Shown: positions 58,101-64,000 of the stretch, piece by piece | How positions within the stretch are numbered: the first letter of the stretch is position 1 | Layout: every line of letters begins with the position of its first letter | Source: Dimorphilus gyrociliatus | Taxonomy: Eukaryota > Animalia > Annelida | DNA: 64,000 nt | Reading direction: 5' to 3' | Assembly: GCA_904063045.1 (NCBI GenBank) | Contig: CAJFCJ010000056.1 | Span: 1 to 64,000 of the forward strand | Position numbers and translations under genes: made by a program | Notes under the pieces: generated by a model | Told to the model about the DNA's origin: nothing | What the model saw: the letters and a program-made list of their open reading frames with translations, nothing else | Database searches by the model: none

Positions 58101-60756
58101 CGCACTTGTAAATGATATTTATTTTCAGTTGGTTTTTGCAGGTAAATACTTGAACAGTATTAATCAAGATATGAGGAAGTATTTTATAAATCTTTCTTGT
58201 GTTTATTTATAATTGTTAGCGATGTTTACAATTAATTATTTGTTTTAGTGAGATTTGAATATAATAGAGAGAAGCAGTATCTCTTCTCCTTCTCCTTTAT
58301 AGACTAACCTAAATTCTTTTGGCACATACCGCTAAATATTGAGGATGAACACGATCTCCAGTGCATTTTAGTTCTATCAAGTGACAGTGATGTTTTTAAG
58401 AGAATACAATCACGATCTTTTCTAGTTAACTCCTCATTGAGAAGATCCTTTAGTGATTGGCAAACATCTTTATTGTAAAAGTTTATTAACCAGATAAAAT
58501 CATAGGGATAGGGAAAATATTTTGAAGACGTTTTTTCATATATGCCATTTGCCGTTGTGATGTTACCTGGTTCTGAATTATATAAACACTGGAGGAAAAT
58601 GTGAAAACGTAGTGGCAAAAATATACAAACTACTCAATAAGCTTCTTAAATGTTGATTTTTTTCTATTATTGGCACAATTAAATTGTTTATTTGAGTAAA
58701 TGATAAATCAACTGGTTTCATGTTCAATTGTTCACATTGTTGTTCAATCCAAGAGTAATTTTTGGCTATATCACTTCGAGGTATAACTTGTAAACATGTA
58801 TCTTCTACATTGTAAGATGATTTGGTGGGACAGTAATGAAGACTCTTCTTTTCAATATCAAATGCTTTTAAATTCAAATTGTTCTCCACAGTTATTTTCG
58901 TACCTTCTTCAGTAACATTAAAACATACTACTAATGGACAAACAAACGTTTCCATAAAATCAGTTTTTTTCAAATCAGATAACACATTTATTTTTCGAAT
59001 ATTATAAGGATTTTCTACTCGTTTCTTGAACAGTCCATTCTCCACGTGATAGTTGTAGCATTCCGTTAAATTGTTATAATTATAGCAGTTCATGTATTGA
59101 CTCTTGAAAAGTCTTGTTCGTACTCTTTTAAATTTTAACGTTCCGTAATTAGATTTATAATGTTTACATATAAGACGGATCAGCCAATCGGTCAAAAAGT
59201 CTATATGAATAGATCCAAATCCAAAATTCAAACTTTGTAAAACAGGCATTCCATATACCATTGAAATTGAGTCAACATAACCTTCTTCTTCTGGTTTAAC
59301 AAGGGTAATAAAATCTTTTAAGGCAGAGTCAGTTTATTGTATTTCTCTATACGCAAGATAATAAAATACCCCTTTCATCGCCCAATCCATCACTTAAACA
59401 GGGGAATGAATAGGTGTCGTAGGATTTTGATTCTTTCAAAACTAATTTACACCCTATAAAGATATCACCTCTCCTCTTATTCTCTACACAATACTGGAGT
59501 ATTGGCTTCTGACTACTGTTCTCAATAAAATAACGGCTATAAATAGATCCATTATTTTCAGCCTATATATGGTACAAAGCTCTTTACTTGACAAACACTT
59601 GACAAAAAATATTTTCTTACATAATTCCAGTCATTTGTGAACTGTAATATCCTCTTTCTGGAATCAAATCTGCTTTGTCCTGGACATAAATTGTGTTTAA
59701 GCTTCAAAAAATTTGCCACGCCAATTGGAAAAAGTGCTGGAAGATGGCCATAAGTCTTTGAGTGAATATTCAAAGTTCAATACTCTCTTGTCTGATGTTT
59801 TGTCAATTTTGATGAATAAAATAAAATAAACTCATTCATAAAACTCATAGTGAAATCTATATTAAGTTAAAAGAGAGAGTGAGAGAGAGAATTGCGCCAA
59901 ACCTACTCTTTACCTTGAATATCACTGTACAAACAATTTATGGCTGTTCCATTCTTAACAGTGCGATACATTACTGAATCGACAAGGATAGCATAGGTTA
60001 AATTTTTGAATATTTCCTTACTGGAAATAATATAAAATTATGTTAAAGGGCAAATATATTTTTGAATATTCCTTGTTTGTGATAAAATATAACTAATTCC
60101 TCTAATCCTCAACATTGGTAAAAAAGTATTCAAATTGCCATCCAAACTATAGGTAAAGAAATCTGTATAAAATTAAATGAATAATACAAATATCATAATT
60201 AATTATTCATTCTCTACTTTACATTGTTTAGTCTTGAAAAAACATTTCATACAATGAACTATTCTTGGTTTATCATTCCTTGTTTTGAAACTAAAATCAT
60301 GAATTTATGAGACAGATAAACAATACTAAAATATTTGTATTTACCTATAATTGTTTAATTTATGATTATATGGCTATATTTGGCAAATTGAAAAAATCGT
60401 GTTCATACTCCTTAAACATCTCTCCAACAGATAATGAATTGTATCATATTTCATCTTTCCACAAAGACCTTTACTAATCTATTGTTTTGTTTAGAAAATG
60501 GTATTATCACATATGAATAATGTATAGATCCTTTATTTTCTTCCAAAATGTCATTTATAACTAATGGACCAAATACAAAATTTGGATTATTGTTTAGAGG
60601 TTGAATGGAAAATTTTGGGTTAATAGTTTTAATCCTATCAATTGTACTTTTTTCTTTGTCTCCATTCAGAACAAAATGAACACTAAGACTAATAAATGTA
60701 AGTAGTCTTAAAAAAAAATTCAAGCAAACAATCATATTAAACTCAACAAAATGCAT
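55184..60756 (-). pseudogene. GRL101/RXFP-like LDLa-LRR GPCR with extended N-terminus; TM1-TM3 apparently deleted
   Basis: At least 5 LDLa modules (CDG..DC.DGSDE), LRRs, LCCFV..C.P..SCSDLI, ITIERY..FP (TM3 end), TM5-6 (LTNISCWLP), TM7 (LPLNSLCNPIVYT). The upstream Cys-rich ORFs 58304-60756 are only tentatively included. Confidence 0.75.
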
Positions 60757-61592
60757 CTTCTTCTTATTTAAATAGTCGTATTTTTACTTTTCATTTTATG
60801 CTCTTTGTGACTATTTTCTCAAATTTATTAAACTAATATGTACTTTGTTGTATTGTAATTGTAGGAATTTCTTCTTCTTCAGAACAGTATCCCTCCTTTC
60901 CAATCATTTATTAACTTAACAAAGTACTCACGCCACATAGAACCTTTCAAGTTCCTACACAAATAGCCTTAAGCTAATTTTATCCTGTGGGATCTGTTCT
61001 TGCATGAGCTACTGGAAACTTGAAAAATATCGACCATTATGGGTAATAATCTTATAAAATAGGGTTATTTCTAGAACTCAATAGCTTTGTTTCATGCTTT
61101 AATTTTTTCTTGATACAATCTGCTAATTAAATATTTTACTCTTCAAAATCAACAATAGAACTCTCTTTAATTGTCTGAACTTAAAGAAAAAATTTAAATA
61201 TTTTTGTCTATATACACAATGATCTAACAAAAAATTGAGGTGGAAGAATGTTTGAAGCATAATGGTATAATTTCATTTTCAATATGAACACTTGAATAAA
61301 AAAATTCTTGAAGATGTTTAATTCTTATTTGAGCAAAATTAAACATGTTTTCAATAGATATAAATCAAACCTTTTCAGCAATGTATTGAAAAGGTGATTC
61401 TAATTTTTTTCATTCTTTATCTAAAATGATATTGCCTAATTAATATTCAATTTGGCAAAAAAATATCTTTGCCCTTTAAATTTGAATTTTTAAATTTTCT
61501 TCTCACTTCTAATGAGTTCAATAAATTCGCTAATAAATCTATTCACCAGGTAGGTTACAGCCTTTATTACACAAAAAAAAATTTTGAATTAT

Positions 61593-63405
61593 GGAGAAAA
61601 CGTCCACTGGAGAAAACGTCCACTGGAGAAAACGTCCACTGATTGGAGAAAACGTCCACTGGTCGGAGAAAACGTCCACTGGAGAAAACGTCCACTGGTT
61701 GGAGAAAACGTCCACTATGTGAAGAATATATTAAAAAATACTTTTTCAAATTTAAATTTTTATTATTGATTTTGAGATATATCCAATACATTCCCATAAT
61801 GCAATCACTTTTGGTAGCCATTTTGAAATCCAGACAGGAAACAGTTCTGGGATCTTCTATGTTTTTCATGGAAAGTGAATATTGTGCATATTTCATCTAC
61901 AATTTTTCAGAATTTTTTGCAGTTTGAAATATATTTCACTATTGAAAACCATCAGACAAAACACAAACTTTAGAATTGATATCAGTAAGTTATAGAATAT
62001 TGTGTTGAAATGATTTATTTATAAATTAGCTTTATTTTTATAGCAGCCATTTTGTTTATCATTATTGTTAATTGTTTAATTTTTAAATTTACACAGTTGG
62101 TTATTGATAGAGATTCCAAATTGAACATGGCACCAATTTGTTACATTTGTGAAGAGAGAATATATGGAAGACAAAATCAAGAGAAATGTCAGCTTTGCTG
62201 TCATTTATTTAAAATACATAAAAAATGTTTGGATTATAAAGGTTTGTTTAAGTTTTTTGTCACTATCCTTCCTTACAAATATGTTTTTATATTTTTTCAC
62301 AGATCAATGGCTTTTGCTTTTATGGGATCTAAGAGAAAGACAGCCTACAAGAAATTATTTAAGGTACAATAATTTTGCATTTTAAATTGAATAATCTAAT
62401 TTGTTAAATTAACAGGCAATACAAGATTTAACAAATGGGCATAGCCCCAAAAAAGTTGTTGTAGACTTTGAAAAAGCTATTTGGAAAGCACTATCATTCA
62501 CTTATCCTGAAGCAAACATTAAACGGTGTGTTTTTCACTGGACACAGGCAATATACAGAAAGATTCAAGTAATACTTTAATTTAGTATTTGAGGTCTAGA
62601 TTTGAACTGACATATTTATTTCCAGGAATTAGGATTATGTAAGATGTACAAGGAGAAAAAAGCTGAATATAGAATCATGAAGAAATTAATGGCATTACCA
62701 TTCCTGCCCTCTGATCTGATAGAACCAACATTTAAGACTATTAAAGAAATAAGTCCTATTGAAATGAAGTCTCTATTGGAGTACATTGAGACACAATGGA
62801 TAAATGGATTTTATAAACCAGAGGTATGGTCTGTTTATGGTGAGGCTATAAGGACAAAAAATGATCTTGAAGGATGGCATCACAGGCTTAACAAGAATCT
62901 TTGCTCTAACACTGCATTCTATTTGCTTTTAGATGAACTGAAAAGAGAAGCTGATCTGATAAAGCTATATAAAAAATTACTGAGTGAAAAGAAAATTTGT
63001 AGACAGCAAAGAAAAGCATATCAGAATATTCAGAGCAAAATATTCAGCTTATGGGAACAATTTGAAATTGCCTCAATTACCTCCCTGGACTTACTTGATA
63101 AACCTTCTGACATTTATTCACCAGTTTAAAATACCTTTATTCTTTAATGTTGTTACACTGTTGTCAATCATTCTTGTTATAATGCTTGTTTTTACTTAAT
63201 CAATATATTAATATTTAAATATTTGTAATTCTTATTATTCATTTTTTCCTGTCAAATTGCTCTAAAAACTCCATCTATCAAATATCTTATATCTTACTTT
63301 GAAGTTTTATAGTGGACGTTTTCTCCAGTGGACGTTTTCTCCAAGCAGTGGACATTTTCTCCAAACAGTGGACGTTTTCTCCAGTGGACGTTTTCTCCTG
63401 TACCC
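61593..63405 (+). mobile_element. Mutator-like (Phantom-type) element with 16-bp tandem-unit TIRs, internally deleted
   Basis: 7 x ggagaaaacgtccact on the left, 5 inverted copies on the right ending ctcctgtaccc; the left terminal gggtaca is missing. Confidence 0.85.
62127..63129 (+). pseudogene. MULE transposase remnant (half PHD plus C-terminal half of the catalytic domain), intron-containing
   Basis: CYIC..CQLC..HKKC; AFAFMGSKRKTAYKK; VVDFEKAIW..CVFHWTQAI; MALPFLP; NDLEGWHHRLN. Confidence 0.85.
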
Positions 63406-64000
63406 TAATTTTTTAAAGTTATTCTTAATTTATATAGCCAATTTAAGCCTATAACTGACATTATGATTCATTCTCTCCCTTTTTGTTAAACCACTCAACT
63501 TGAATTGACAATTTCAGATATACAGGTTGTGTATAGACATTTATGATATTTATATACTAATAGGTGTCCCATAAATGTGTGGCAACAAAATCAACAAAAA
63601 AAAGAAGAGTATTGAAATTCAAGTAGGATTATGTGATTATCCAATCATCATTGTAAGTAAGATATTTTGTATAATTTTGTTTATTAGCTAACAAGCAATT
63701 ATAGGCCTATTAGCTTTTTCAATATTTTTTAATCAATAAACATTAAATTCATATTTAATTTCTAAATTATCACAATTTTTCAACACTTCATTATAAAGAT
63801 GATAATTTCATTTTTTTAAATATTTATTAAAGTTCATATTATATATATTTCATATAGAGAATTTATAAACAGTTCCAAACTTTTGCTTGAATGAAATAAT
63901 AGGCCAATTGATAAGAATTCTTCAAGTTCTCTTTCTCCCCAATATTTCCATATAAACTGAATTTTTTAGGTTGAAAACTTTTTATAATATGCAACTTTAG

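Overview
AT-rich animal genomic DNA with short GT-AG introns (about 48-85 nt); the gene content (GRL101/RXFP-like LDLa-LRR GPCR, KY/hillarin-like protein, discoidin domain) suggests a compact invertebrate, probably spiralian, genome (inference). Main architecture: (1) a ~16.2-kb fold-back palindrome (arms 1220-9067 and 9194-17380, 126-bp spacer). Each arm carries two IAP-type RING mini-genes, a degenerate DNase I-like gene with unexplained N- and C-terminal extensions, and a fucosyltransferase-type gene cut at the turn. The outer end of the right arm abuts the terminus of a PHD-FLYWCH Mutator (Phantom-like) element. (2) A transposon graveyard: several Mutator families, 9-bp-TSD MITEs, mariner/Tc1 remnants and an internally deleted BEL/Pao element. 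(3) A young Ty3/Gypsy element (42944-52259, minus strand, 635-bp LTRs differing at about 5 positions, tRNA-Ser PBS). It has an unusual layout: gag; pol PR-RT-RH-IN followed by a second aspartic protease; an acidic ORF made of tandem SUMO-interacting-motif-like repeats; and a class III fusion-type env. This element is the best candidate for an undescribed system. All assignments are by-eye motif recognition; no searches were run.
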